Position numbers and translations under genes: made by a program. From Macrostomum hystrix (lineage: Eukaryota > Animalia > Platyhelminthes): a stretch of 64,000 bases of DNA. The DNA lies in assembly GCA_950097015.1 (NCBI GenBank), contig CATNEN010000007.1, forward strand, positions 1,054,001-1,118,000, read 5' to 3'. Positions 47,545-61,330 of the stretch are shown here, one piece after another; the first letter of the stretch is position 1, and each line of letters starts with the position of its first letter. Under the pieces are notes generated by a model. That model saw only the letters and a list, made by a program, of their open reading frames with translations, was not told the DNA's origin and did not search any database.

Positions 47545-48570
47545 AAAGGAGACGTGTAAGGGGAGAGATGTGAGGGAAGAGGTGTGAGGGAAGAGGTGTG
47601 AGGGAAGAGGTGTGAGGGAAGAGTTGTGAGGGAAGAGGTGTGAGGGAAGAGGTGTGAGGGAAGAGGTGTGAGGGAAGAGGTGTGAGGGAAGAGGTGTGAG
47701 GGAAGAGGTGTGAGGGAAGAGGTGTGAGGGAAGAGGTGTGAGGGAAGAGGTGTGAGGGGACATGTGTCATCGGAGAGGTGTGAGGGAAGAGGAGTGAGGG
47801 AAGAGGTGTGAGGGAAGAGGTGTGAGGGAAGAGGTGTGAGGGAAGAGGTGTGAGGGAAGAGGTGTGAGGGAAGAGGTGTGAGGGAAGAGGTGTGAGGGAA
47901 GAGGTGTGAGGGAAGAGGTGTGAGGGAAGAGGTGTGAGGGGACATGTGTCATCGGAGAGGTGTGAGGGAAGAGGAGTGAGGGAAGAGGTGTGAGGGAAGA
48001 GGTGTGAGGGAAGAGGTGTGAGGGAAGAGTTGTGAGGGAAGAGGTGTGAGGGAAGAGGTGTGAGGGAAGAGGTGTGAGGGAAGAGGTGTGAGGGAAGAGG
48101 TGTGAGGGAAGAGGTGTGAGGGAAGAGGTGTGAGGGGACATGTGTCATCGGAGAGGTGTGAGGGAAGAGGAGTGAGGGAAGAGGTGTGAGGGAAGAGGTG
48201 TGAGGGAAGAGGTGTGAGGGAAGAGTTGTGAGGGAAGAGGTGTGAGGGAAGAGGTGTGAGGGAAGAGGTGTGAGGGAAGAGGTGTGAGGGAAGAGGTGTG
48301 AGGGAAGAGGTGTGAGGGAAGAGGTGTGAGGGAAGAGGTGTGAGGGAAGAGGTGTGAGGGAAGAGGTGTGAGGGGACATGTGTCATCGGAGAGGTGTGAG
48401 GGAAGAGGTGTGAGGGGAGACGTGTGAGGGGAGAGGTGTGAGGGGAGAGGTGTGAGGGGAGAGATGTGAGGGGAGAGGTGTGAGGGGAGAGGTGTGAGTG
48501 GAGAGATGTGAGGACAGAGGTGTGAGGGGAGAGGTGTGAGGGGAGAGACGTGAGGGGAGATGTGAGGGGC
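47545..48570. repeat. 14-bp minisatellite (aggtgtgagggaag) with a periodic variant dimer
   Basis: Visible array. Variant ggacatgtgtcatcgga appears with catgtg at 47761, 47943, 48139 and 48377. Confidence 0.96.
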
Positions 48571-51500
48571 AAACTTTTAATGGACAGGTGTGAGGCGACA
48601 AAAAATTCACAGCTGAGAATAATTGAAGAATGATGATTTTTTAAGAGCGTGTATTAATTAGAGAAAAGCATTGAAAGTTCAACTTTATGAATACAGCTTT
48701 GGCTTCCCAAGTTTTAGCATTCAATTTAGGGCTTCTTATAATTTTGTTCACAGATTTCTAACTTGCCAGCTTACATTCAAGACATAATACTCATTTTTGA
48801 CGTAAAATGCTTTTCGTTTGACACGATTCTAGCTCAATCAATGCCCATGTTTTTTGCTTAGAATTACTGTTGTTTAGTCCTGCTTTGACAAAACCTTAAT
48901 GATAACGTGGTTTCCCTTTCAGTACCGGCAGTTTCGCCTGCACCTGCTACGAATGCCGTCAGTCTGTTGTCCAGTTGCTCAGTATTCGCTCTTTGATTAG
49001 CCCCTTCAACTCTAAATTATGGAGCCTTCGCTATGGTAAAATACGCTGGTAATAGGGTTTTAGAGCTCTGTGCGGCGCGTGTGAAATTCGATACCCTTCA
49101 ATTAGTTTAATAATGCAAAGGTCGCTGAGCTAACGGTCCATTCTTACCTGGCCAACACCTCTGGTGAATGTGGCTGTGAGTCGCATCCGTTTCTTTTTTC
49201 TCTCCTTACGTAACGCACAAAAATATAGTCAGAAATCAGACATAAACTATCCCGTCCTATCCCGTCCTTTATCATCCAAGAACTTTTATTTTGAGTTAGC
49301 AAAATTAATCTAAGCCCGCGATTAGTACAGTACGTTACCGGGCTGCCACGTTGAATTCATGCAACAATGAAATTTAGAAACTTTTGATTAACAATGACCC
49401 TAATGGTTCTCAAGGGCTAGTACAGATTTTCTTGTGAAAGAATGAGTATCTGTCTGGCATCAATGAGCTGACACGGGCCACAGCGGAAGTTGTGACAATC
49501 GATCCAGCCTCTAAAATTGTGACGGAAGGCCACTTCATTAATACTGTACGAGCTCGTATAAGTCTCGACTCAGTATAAAGACGACTACGCGAATGTGCCA
49601 CTTATATAGATTTTTCCTACGTCGGGGCAACAAAGAAAGTAAAGGAATTGAGAGCTAAGCGCAAAAAATGATTAAGGCCGTCTTGGCGATGGTTTAAGAG
49701 TCTCTTGACTTTTCGGACGTCGGACATTCCACGTTATGTAAGCTTTGCGCGCGAATATGCACCCGATGCTGAAACATAAAGCACAAACTTGAAAACCTTG
49801 GAAAACGTGGAATTATGTTGCGAAAAGAAAGGGCCAACAAGCCAAAAGGGCACGAGGCCCGAACACGCGACTTTATTAAATTGGGGTGCTACGTTGGATG
49901 AGCGAGGTGATCGAGATGAGAGGAGCGGAACGGTATGTGCCTTCGACTGAAATTAACGACGAGGGACAAATAAAAAAGGGGGTTAGGCATGCAGCTCGTC
50001 GGGCAAGGCGGAAAGATTAAGGAGGGGACACAATGGATCGATAATTATAATCAGAATATTACATGTAAGGGAAAACAAGAACACAAGGGGTAAGACCAGT
50101 GAATGAAGGGAAGGAGGGAATTGGAGGGCGTTAAGCAGCATGCCCAGGTTTTGCGACACCTCCAGACTGCAGCCGCAACCTCTCTTTTTTCTTGATTCTA
50201 TCGTTACGTGGACAACAAAAGTCATGTAGCTCGTAGACCAAAACGTCTGCTTTAATTTAGCTGACTATGTGTCGATTGCGTTCCAATTTTATTATACAAT
50301 ACGAGCAAAGTATTTTTATTAAATATCGCTATTTCATGTGCAATTTAATGCGCATCGCTCATATTACCTAGCTATGTATGTGTATATGTCATATGTGTAA
50401 GTATATATATTAGAAAGGTATGACCAAGCAAAGCTTTTCCAGGTCAATTCCAGCTATATAGTGATGTACTTTTTAATATAATATTTTGCACTTCGTCACT
50501 CACTTCGTCCTTTAATGCTTTATGTCAATGTAAACATTTATATCAGTGTTACGAAATGATTGTCAATAAATTATCTTCGTCTATGACTTAGTTCCCGCAA
50601 AGGTACTGTTTTCTAACATACTGAAAACGTTATTTTGTTAAAATTGTAAGCAGTATGGAAATTAAGGAGCGCGAGTTTGAATTAAGAAATATCTTATTAC
50701 GGAGAAATTCTAAGTTCTACAAATGACTGTATAACTAACTATATTATTGTATTAAGTTTCCAAAGACTTGCTATGTGCTAGTCATATTTGATCCATTTAT
50801 CATAGACTACACAATTCAGTTATACAATTTACAAGGCACCATTCGCAAAGTAGAAATAAAAAAATGCTCACATTGCAAAAATATGTTTCTGACATTTTCT
50901 GCATTGAATTACATATCCAGCTGTTCTATAATAAGCTAACATTAGCCTTTAGATCTATTTATAGAAATACGGCTATAAGAGTAGCAAGTACCTTGGAATA
51001 AGAAACAAAAAAAACATTTTTTTACTTTTGTATAAAATTTACTTTGTTTCTTATTTGGTGTCAACTTCAGTTTTTTCAATGAACTAGCTTTGCCTTTTAG
51101 TAGCTATCAAATTTTACTTTCCTTAAAAGCCCAAGGGATTATAAAATATAGGCATAACAAGTTGTTGCCTTGTGGTTAGAGGTGCATTACACAACACTTG
51201 AAGGCTGGGATATTGCTTTTGTACCTTGTGTTTACAAATTAGAGTACAATACAAAAGATTCAATATTATAGCTAGCTGTGCTGACTTGTCTTTGTAATTA
51301 GATGTACCTTCCAAATTTTTATTCAGCTTGTGGCTTGCTTCTAAGAGGACCAGTTGCCTCTTAGCTAAATATTTCTACCAAATTAAGTGAAGGTCTCACA
51401 AGAGACTTGTTTTCTGCCATGCTGCATTCTTATTCTTGAATAAAATTAAATAAATCAAATTCATGTTTTAAACAAAAAATGATTTTGCTGATTTTTTAAC

Positions 51501-52156
51501 TTTTTGTATAATTTTTTGAAAATGTCAGGATGTATTTTTCATTTTGGGTCAAACTTCAAGATGCACTTTCAAATTTCAAGATACAAATCCAAATGCACAA
51601 AAACCTTATGCATGTCTTTCTAGACTTATACAGCTGGTTTAGCTGGTGTAGTAAATTATTTTATTTTTTTATAATTAATTATTTTGTAACCACTGTCAAA
51701 TATTATATTTATAATAGCTACAGCTATGCCTAGCTAGATATATTTAAGTTTTTTCATCACTCCTGCAAATTGTTAACACAATGACTCAAATACTTTTTAA
51801 GACATGGTCTGGTTATTTATATATTATCTATGTTTTAAGGCTAGGGTTAGCTAGTTAAACTTCATTTAAGGCCTACTAGAGTTTTTTGAAAATGTTAATT
51901 TTTTTGTGGCTTAGTTATTTATTTATTTATGATCTATTTTATGCTGTTACCATTGTTATTACTAAAATATTTATGTGGAGAAGATCCTAGTTGAAAAATT
52001 GTAAATTCATTTTCAAAAGTTTTGATTCAACCAAAGAAAAAGAATCAATTAAGATATATTTATTTCTAAACATATCATAGCATATTAAAAATCACATTGG
52101 CAAACTTTTTCAGCAAGAAATAAAGAAATAGATTGTCCTGTATCGTTTTGACCAGC

Positions 52157-55100
52157 ATGGATAACAATGGTGTTCTTGATGATGATTTGGCATCTAAAGT
52201 AAGATTTTTGCTTTTTTAAATTTACATTTTTTCATAAAGATAATTTCTTGAAGGACATGGTAATGACAAGCCCAGTATAAGTGAGTATGGGGTGGGGTTG
52301 TTGGCAACAGCATAATTATGGCATGGCATGGAAGATGAAGGGAATATTATTAGGCCTTTAATATAAAAAACAAATCATTTGCATTTACACAGCGCGACAG
52401 GCAGAGCAGTGAGAGGCGTCAGCTGACAGCCACTGCTCGGGAAGTTAAAAGACGCGAAGACGAAAATCGTATTAAACGGGTGAGCAAATCGTTTGCTGGG
52501 TGCTTTGTATTTGATGTGATTCAGGTTCCATTTAAATTGATCTTATTTACCCTCGCATAAGTATATTAATTTCACCATGTTTGAGACTGCTGTAGACTGC
52601 TGACTTCTTTGTGACTTTTTCTTGGAATTAGACACAATTATCTAAGACCATTTGATTCTATAATCCTATATGACAGTTCGCAGCAGAATTAACTTTATCT
52701 ATTCATGACGCTGACTGCTTTGATAAACTTGATAATGACCTATGAATCTATGTCCAAATCATGTCACTCACTCCATGACCACACAAATGATCCAGTGAAT
52801 CAATAACCCAAATGATGCCATCACCTCAAAATCCGTGATTCCGTTCTCATGACCCATTGCTCTTGACCAATTACCTATTGACCTTGACCCATCAAACATT
52901 GACCTTGACCCATCACTCATTGACCTTGACCCCATCGCCCATTGAACTTTACCCATCACTCATTGACCATGACCCCATCGCCCATTGACCTTGACCCATC
53001 AAACATTGACCTTGACCCATCACTCATTGACCTTGACCCCATCGCCCATTGACCTTGACCCATCAAACATTGACCTTGACCCATCACTCCTTGACCTTGA
53101 CCCATCACTCCTTGACCTTGACCCATCACTCATTGACCTTGACCCCATCGCCCATTGACCTTGACCCATCAAACATTGACCTTGACCCATCACTCATTGA
53201 CCTTGACCCCATCGCCCATTGACCTTGACCCATCAAACATTGACCTTGACCCTATCTCCCATTGACATTGATCCTATCACTCATTGACCTTGACCAATCA
53301 CTCCTTGTCCAATCGGCCTGCAGCAAGAGGAGCGCGCAGCGGACGGCGCATCTTACACTTCCTCGTCGAAGCGTGGCGGCGGTAGCGGCGGCGCTATTCG
53401 TCGGGCCAGCGATTTGGAGAGCGCCGATAGCGCCAGCCTTGGCAGCGACCAGCAGCCGGGCAACGCTGCCGACCGACTGAGCGCCCTGGCCGAGCTTCGC
53501 GAACAGCTGGCCGCCATGGAGGCCCAGTACGAGAGGGCACTGTGCAGCAACGCCGAGCTGGCTAGCGAGAAGCAAGTCCTGGCCTATGAGGCTGCCCTCC
53601 TAGCCGACAAGCTGGAAGATGCCGAGGAGGCTAACAGAGAACTGCAGCGGGCGTTTAATGAGAAGCGCAAAGAGAGCGCCTACTTAAAGAATCAGGTTCG
53701 TATGCTAGATTTGTAGACTATCTTCAGGGCTGATGATTGTAGATGTTCAGGGCTGATGATTGTAGATGTTCAGGGCTGATGATTGTAGATGTTCAGGGCT
53801 GATGATTGTAGATGTTCAGGGCTGATGATTGTAGATGTTCAGGGCTGATGATTGTAGATGTTCAGGACTGATGATTGTAGATGTTCAGGGCTGATGATTG
53901 TAGATGTTCAGGGCTGATGATTGTAGATGTTCAGAGCTGATGATTGTAGATGTTCAGGGCTGATGATTGTAGATGTTCAGGGCTGATGATTGTAGATGTT
54001 CAGGGCTGATGATTGTAGATGTTTAATGCTGATGATTGTAGATGTTCAGGGCTGATGATTGTAGATGTTCAGGGCTGATGATTGTAGATGTTCAGGGCTG
54101 ATGATTGTAGATGTTCAGGGCTGATGATTGTAGATGTTCAGGGCTGATGATTGTAGATGTTTAATGCTGATGATTGTAGATGTTCAGGGCTGATGATTCT
54201 AGATGTTCAGGACTGATGATTGTAGATGTTCAGGGCTGATGATTGTAGATGTTTAATGCTGATGATTGTAGATGTTCAGGGCTGATGATTCTAGATGTTC
54301 AGGACTGATGATTGTAGATGTTCATGACATTTGGAATCTTCTGGATCCTACTATTTAGGTACCATAGTTTCATACCTTATTCAGGGCTTATAATTCTAAA
54401 GCCGACTCAAACACCGCAGGTGTCTGAGCTCAGCCACCAATGCGATTATGTGAGGCGCCAGTTGGAACAGCGCGACCAGCTGATTGCCCAGTCTGACTGC
54501 GTACTGCTCGGCGAATTCGACTCCATCGCGCCTAATTCAAACCCCGCAATAGACGGTAATGGGGATTCTTCCTGTGCTGGACTATTGTTGCCAAGGCAAC
54601 TGGCCGAGCGAGTGCAAGCCCTTCCCGGTGCGAGCCTGGACGAAAAGCTGCGGGGTGCCCTAGACGACCTGACAGCTGTCCAAGGCAAGAGGGAGCTGCT
54701 GGAGAAGGAGGTGAGCGCATTTGCTTATCCCTATAGCTAATCCTCAGTAGTGACTCTGGTTAATCGTACATAGTGAGTCTGATTATTCCTCAATAGTGAG
54801 TCTGATTATTCCTCAATAGTGAGTTTGGTTAATCCTCAATAGTGAGTCTGGTTAATCCTCAATAGTGAGTTTGGTTAATCCTCAATAGTGAGTCTGGTTA
54901 ATCCTCAATAGTGAGTTTGGTTAATCCTCAATAGGGAGTCTGGTTAATCCTCAATAGTGAGTTTGGTTAATCCTCAATAGTGAGTCTGGTTAATCCTCAA
55001 TAGTGAGTTTGGTTAATCCTCAATAGTGAGTCTGGTTAATCCTCAATAGTGAGTTTGGTTAATCCTCAATAGGGAGTCTGGTTAATCCTCAATAGTGAGT

Positions 55101-58100
55101 CTGGTTAATCCTCAATAGTGAGTCTGGTTAATCCTCAATAGTGAGTTTGGTTAATCCTCAATAGGGAATCTAGTTAATCCTCAATTATGACTCTGGTTAA
55201 TCCTCAGTAGTGGCTCTGGTTAATCCTCAGTAGTGGCTCTGGTTAATCCTCAGTAGTGACTCTGGTTAATCCTCAGTAGTGGCTCTGGTTAATCCTCAGT
55301 AGTGACTCTGGTTAATCCTCAGTAGTGGCTCTGGTTAATCCTACATAGTGAGTCAGATTATTCCTCAATAGAGAGTCTGGTTAATCCTCAATAGTGAGTC
55401 TTGTTAATCCTCAATAGTGAGTCAGATTATTCCTCATTAGGGAATCTAGTTAATCCTCAATTGTGACTCTGGTTAATCCTCAGTAGTGACTCTGGTTAAT
55501 CCTCAGTAGTGACTCCAGTTAATCCTCAGTAGTGACTCTGGTTTATCCTCAGTAGTGGCTCTGGTTAATCCTACATAGTGAGTCAGATTATTCCTCAATA
55601 GAGAGTCTGGTTAATCCTCAATAGTGAGTCTTGTTAATCCTCAATAGTGAGTCTTGTTAATCCTCAATAGTGAGTTTGGTTAATCCTCAGTAGTGACTCT
55701 GGTTAATCCTCAATAGTGAGTTTGGTTAATCCTCAATAGTGAGTCTTGTTAATCCTCAATAGTGAGTTTGGTTAATCCTCAGTAGTGACTCTGGTTAATC
55801 CTCAATAGTGAGTTTGGTTAATCCTCAATAGTGAGTCTTGTTAATCCTCAATAGTGACTCTGGTTAATCCTCAATAGTGAGTTTGGTTAATCCTCAATAG
55901 TGAGTCTTGTTAATCCTCAGTAGTGACTCTGGTTAATCCTCAATAGTGAGTTTGGTTAATCCTCAATAGTGAGTCTGGTTAATCCTCAATAGTGAGTCTG
56001 GTTAATCCTCAATAGTGAGTCTGGTTAATCCTCAATAGTGAGTTTGGTTAATCCTCAATAGTGACTCTGGTTAATCCTCAATAGTGAGTTTGGTTAATCC
56101 TCAATAGTGAGTCTGGTTAATCCTCAATAGTGAGTCTGGTTAATCCTCAATAGTGAGTTTGGTTAATCCTCAATAGTGAGTTTGGTTAATCCTCAATAGT
56201 GAGTCTGGTTAATCCTCAATAGTGAGTTTGGTTAATCCTCAATAGTGAGTTTGGTTAATCCTCAATAGTGAGTTTGGTTAATCCTCAATAGTGAGTCTGG
56301 TTAATCCTCAATAGTGAGTTTGGTTAATCCTCAATAGTGAGTCTGGTTAATCCTCAATAGTGAGTCTGGTTAATCCTCAATAGTGAGTTTGGTTAATCCT
56401 CAATAGTGAGTTTGTTAATCCTCAATAGTGAGTCTGGTTAACCTCAATAGTGAGTCTGGTTAATCCTCAATAGTGAGTCTGGTTAATCCTCAATAGTGAG
56501 TTGGTTAATCCTCAATAGTGAGTCTGGTTAATCCTCAATAGTGAGTCTGGTTATCCCAATAGTGAGTTGGTTAATCCTCAATAGTGACTCTGGTTAATCC
56601 TCAATAGTGAGTCTGGTTAATCCTCAATAGTGAGTCTTGGTTAATCCTCAATAGTGAGTCTGGTTAATCCTCAATAGTGAGTCTGGTTAATCCTCAATAG
56701 TGAGTCTGGTTAATCCTCAATAGTGAGTTTGGTTAATCCTCAATAGTGAGTCTGGTTAATCCTCAATAGTGAGTCTGGTTAATCCTCAATAGTGAGTTTG
56801 GTTAATCCTCAATAGTAGTGAGTCTGGTTAATCCTCAATAGTGAGTCTGGTTAATCCTCAATAGTGAGTTTGGTTAATCCTCAATAGTGAGTTGGTTAAT
56901 CCTCAATAGTGAGTCTGGTTAATCCTCAATAGTGAGTTTGGTTAATCCTCAATAGTGAGTCTGGTTAATCCTCAATAGTGAGTCTGGTTAATCCTCAATA
57001 GTGAGTTTGGTTAATCCTCAATAGTGACTCTGGTTAATCCTCAATAGTGAGTCTGGTTAATCCTCAATAGTGAGTCTGGTTAATCCTCAATAGTGAGTCT
57101 GGTTAATCCTCAATAGTGAGTCTGGTTAATCCTCAATAGTGAGTCTGGTTAATCCTCAATAGTGAGTTTGGTTAATCCTCAATAGTGAGTTTGGTTAATC
57201 CTCAATAGTGAGTCTGGTTAATCCTCAATAGTGAGTCTGGTTAATCCTCAATAGTGAGTCTGGTTAATCCTCAATAGTGAGTCTGGTTAATCCTCAATAG
57301 TGAGTTTGGTTAATCCTCAATAGTGACTCTGGTTAATCCTCAATAGTGAGTCTGGTTAATCCTCAATAGTGAGTCTGGTTAATCCTCAATAGTGAGTCTG
57401 GTTAATCCTCAATAGTGAGGTCTGGTTAATCCTCAATAGGGAGTCTGGTTAATCCTCAATAGTGAGTTTGGTTAATCCTCAATAGTGAGTCTGGTTAATC
57501 CTCAATAGTGAGTTTGGTTAATCCTCAATAGGGAGTCTGGTTAATCCTCAATAGTGACTCTGGTTAATCCTCAATAGTGAGTTTGGTTAATCCTCAATAG
57601 TGAGTTTGGTTAATCCTCAATAGTGAGTCTGGTTAATCCTCAATAGTGAGTTTGGTTAATCCTCAATAGGGAGTCTGGTTAATCCTCAATAGTGAGTCTG
57701 GTTAATCCTCAATAGTGAGTTTGGTTAATCCTCAATAGGGAGTCTGGTTAATGCTCAATAGTGACTCTGGTTAATCCCTCAGTAGTGAGTCTGGTTAATC
57801 CTCAATAGTGAGTTTGGTTAATCCTCAATAGTGAGTCTGGTTAATCCTCAATAGTGAGTCTGGTTAATCCTCAATAGTGAGTTTGGTTAATCCTCAATAG
57901 GGAGTCTGGTTAATCCTCAATAGTGAGTCTGGTTAATCCTCAATAGTGAGTCTGGTTAATCCTCAATAGTGAGTTTGGTTAATCCTCAATAGGGAGTCTG
58001 GTTAATGCTCAATAGTGACTCTGGTTAATCCTCAGTAGTGAGTCTGGTTAATCCTCAATAGTGAGTTTGGTTAATCCTCAATAGTGAGTCTGGTTAATCC

Positions 58101-61100
58101 TCAATAGTGAGTCTGGTTAATCCTCAATAGTGAGTTTGGTTAATCCTCAATAGGGAGTCTGGTTAATCCTCAATAGTGAGTCTGGTTAATCCTCAATAGT
58201 GAGTCTGGTTAATCCTCAATAGGGAGTCTGGTTAATCCTCAATAGGGAGTCTGGTTAATGCTCAATAGTGACTCTGGTTAATCCTCAGTAGTGAGTCTGG
58301 TTAATCCTCAATAGTGAGTTTGGTTAATCCTCAATAGTGAGTCTGGTTAATCCTCAATAGTGAGTCTTGTTAATCCTCAATAGTGAGTCTTGTTAATCCT
58401 CAATAGTGAGTTTGGTTAATCCTCAGTAGTGACTCTGGTTAATCCTCAATAGTGAGTCTGGTTAATCCTCAATAGTGAGTTTGGTTAATCCTCAATAGTG
58501 AGTCTGGTTAATCCTCAATAGTGAGTCTGGTTAATCCTCAATAGGGAGTTTGGTTAATCCTCAATAGTGAGTCTGGTTAATCCTCAATAGTGAGTTTGGT
58601 TAATCCTCAATAGTGAGTCTGGTTAATCCTCAATAGTGACTCTGGTTAATCCTCAATAGTGAGTCTGGTTAATCCTCAATAGTGAGTCTGGTTAATCCTC
58701 AATAGTGAGTCTGGTTAATCCTCAATAGTGAGTCTGGTTAATCCTCAATAGTGAGTTTGGTTAATCCTCAATAGTGAGTCTGGTTAATCCTCAATAGTGA
58801 CTCTGGTTAATCCTCAATAGTGAGTTTGGTTAATCCTCAATAGTGAGTTTGGTTAATCCTCAATAGTGAGTTTGGTTAATCCTCAATAGTGAGTTTGGTT
58901 AATGCTCAATAGTGAGTCTGGTTAATCCTCAATAGTGAGTTTGGTTAATCCTCAATAGTGACTCTGGTTAATGCTCAATAGGGAGTCTGGTTAATCCTCA
59001 ATAGGGAGTCTGGTCACTCTGTCACCATCCCGCAGGTCCAGCAGCTGCAGGAGGAGTTGAATAGAGCCGACCGCGGCCGCGTTGACGCCGACCAGCTCGA
59101 GAAGCAGCGAGAGGCAGCCAGGCAGCTGGCTGATCACAAGTACAAACTGACCACGGCCCAACAGCAGATCACCGCTCTGCAGGCCGATGTGAGTTGGGAT
59201 TTCCCCCCGATTATTTTGTACATAAAAAATATGTATAAGTATAAGTGCATTAAACATTAGGATTTGATTTGTGATTTGGGATGTGTTTGTTCAAAGTAAG
59301 ATTTTGTGTATGATAAAGAATAGGATTCTTGTTTTTGGGACTTAATTTGTGTTTACTCTAAATTAGAAATTGTTTTTATTATCAGTTGGGATTTGTGTTT
59401 ATTTATGTTTGTGATCCAGGATTCACGTGTCGGTTGATAATGACATCTCACGGTGCAATCTCTCAGGATTTTGTCTGCCTGTTGCTAAGCTGAGCAATGC
59501 TAAATGCAGATTTAACTGTTATTTTTCCAGCTAACCCAGCAAAAAGACAAGGTTCGTATTGCTTGCTCTACTAGACTCGTTTCAAGTGTTTTTTTTCATA
59601 AAAATGGAATGAAAGCCAGTTGGCTGTTTTGCACTGCAGTTATATTGACGGATTTTGGGATTAATTGAAGATGTTGCCAGCATTTTCTGCTACTGGGCTG
59701 ACTTGGTGAGACACTAGTGTTGGGGGCGGTCTGGTTGGTCAGGCAGGGCTACACACACAGCACCTGGGATGTCGCTAAGTGAAAATGCCTTTTGCACAAT
59801 GTCTTGGCGCAATAGTGTTAATGCTAGCTTGGCAATTTAAAATTATAACTAATTCCCTTCCTTACCGCGCCCGCAAAATATTCCGCATCGGCAATTCACA
59901 CAGCGGCAAATGACTGTTATTTCAGTATGCTTTTGCAATCTGCTGTGTTCACTACTATCAAGTAGTGTAGTTTGCTTTTCATTGAGAATGAACCAATTTT
60001 GGTTTGCTTTTACCCGGTGCTTTTATTCTAAAGACTTCAGACTTTAAAATTTATACGATTAATTTGCTAAACCGATGCCGTACTGAAAATGAAATTTGAA
60101 GTTTTAGAAAGATTCAATATAATAACGTTTTGCAGACTTTTAGCGTTCGTACAGGTCACTACCCTTTTTAATATATTCTTTTTAACGGAGATTATGTGAT
60201 TTCTGAGTTGTAGTCAGCTTACTAAAATTCAAATATGATGAAGGAAAGCTAAATTATATATATATATACAACAGAGGTTGTAGCCTAGTGGTTAGGGCGT
60301 CGGACTCACCACTTGAAGGTCGGGGGTTCGATTCCTGATTCCACTGAAACAATTTGTGTCCTTTAGCGAGGCACTTAACTCTGCATTGCTTTAGTTCACC
60401 CAGCTGTTAAATGGGTACCAGTATTAGCTGGGATAATTGAAGGTGGGTGTGGCGTCCCCCCGTCCATGGACTGAACAGCTGTACGCAGTCTTCAGATGCG
60501 CCGCGCAATAGCTGCGGCTGTGCTGTCGGCTGCACATCTGGCCCGATTGGGACAGGTGTAATCAATTATTTATTATTATTAATATATACGTATATAATAG
60601 ATACTTCTCCATAACAAGTGATTAGAGTGTAGATCCCTTCTGTGTGATAAAATGGGGATTCAAATTCCTTAATATTGGAATGGGATTTAGATCCACTCCA
60701 GTGGATTTTAGGGATCTAAATGCATTTTACTAGAAATCGGAATTAGATTCCCATTTTAAGAGGATCTGGGATTTATATCCCCAATGATAAAATAACCATT
60801 TGCATCCCTTGGGATTGGGATTTGGGTCACACGTACTGAATGGGGATTTAGACCCCTTTAGGATTTATCCCTCATTTATTTAAATACCTTCCACTGGAGA
60901 AGGGATATAGATTCCTTCTAGTGGGATCTGGGATTTAGATCCTCAATGATTAAATTATAATTTTAAGGTTCAAGTCTCCCCTTACTTGTCAATAATCCGT
61001 AATCCATTTAACAGTAAAAAGTCCACACGGAGGGCATTTCAGATACCCAAAATACCTAATTGCAGATTAAGCAGAATATGGATTATACCGGTTTTCCCCC

Positions 61101-61330
61101 ACTTGCAGGTAATCCGTCTTGAAGGCCAGGTGAAGCGGCTGACTAAGAAGGCCGAGGAGACAGAAGAGGAGTGCGGGCAGGCCAAGGCGGAGGCCAGGAA
61201 CCAGAAGCGCATAGCCAGGGAGCTGGCTAGCGAAGTTGAGGATCTGAAGTCGCAGAACAACAGCCTGAAGAGAAATCTGGAACGATTGAGGGCGCCAGGC
61301 GGCAGAGGCGGCGACTCAGCGGCTTCTTAG
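52157..61330 (+). CDS. LRRFIP2: Leucine-rich repeat flightless-interacting protein (LRRFIP1/2 family), 388 aa coiled-coil
   Basis: join(52157-52198, 52393-52479, 53324-53695, 54420-54710, 59036-59188, 61109-61330) = 1167 nt, all introns GT-AG and phase 0. Contains EAQYERALCSNAELASEKQVLAYE, QLEQRDQLI, ASLDEKLR, EAARQLADHKYKLTTAQQQITALQADVIRLEGQVKR and NNSLKRNLERLR. These match LRRFIP as recalled ([58 protein letters not shown]). Confidence 0.92.
52850..53300. repeat. ~21-bp minisatellite (cattgaccttgacccatcact) in LRRFIP intron 2
   Basis: Visible array ending ~20 nt before the acceptor at 53322-23. Confidence 0.95.
53722..54324. repeat. 23-bp minisatellite (tagatgttcagggctgatgattg), ~26 copies, LRRFIP intron 3
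   Basis: Visible array. Confidence 0.97.
54735..59013. repeat. 23-bp minisatellite (gttaatcctcaatagtgagtctg), ~185 copies, filling LRRFIP intron 4
   Basis: Visible array occupying ~99% of the 4325-nt intron. Confidence 0.98.
60273..60545 (+). mobile_element. tRNA-derived SINE family A in LRRFIP intron 5
   Basis: Intact A box (tagcctagtgg) and B box (ggttcgattcc) at tRNA spacing, then a body with gtgtcctttagcgaggcacttaactct and cacccagctgttaaatgggtacc, reminiscent of conserved SINE central domains. A second copy lies at 8380-8608. Confidence 0.88.

Noticed and set aside
47545-48570. CRISPR-like look of regularly spaced markers; other arrays were also considered
   Set aside because: The intervening sequences are themselves repeats rather than unique spacers, there are no cas genes, and the DNA is eukaryotic.
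53722-54324. CUGAUGA in every unit suggested a multimeric hammerhead ribozyme
   Set aside because: The unit has no GAAA, no stem II and no cleavage triplet pairing.
60276-60345. Possible tRNA gene
   Set aside because: A and B boxes are present, but the acceptor stem does not close and the sequence continues into a body shared with 8380-8608. It is a SINE head.
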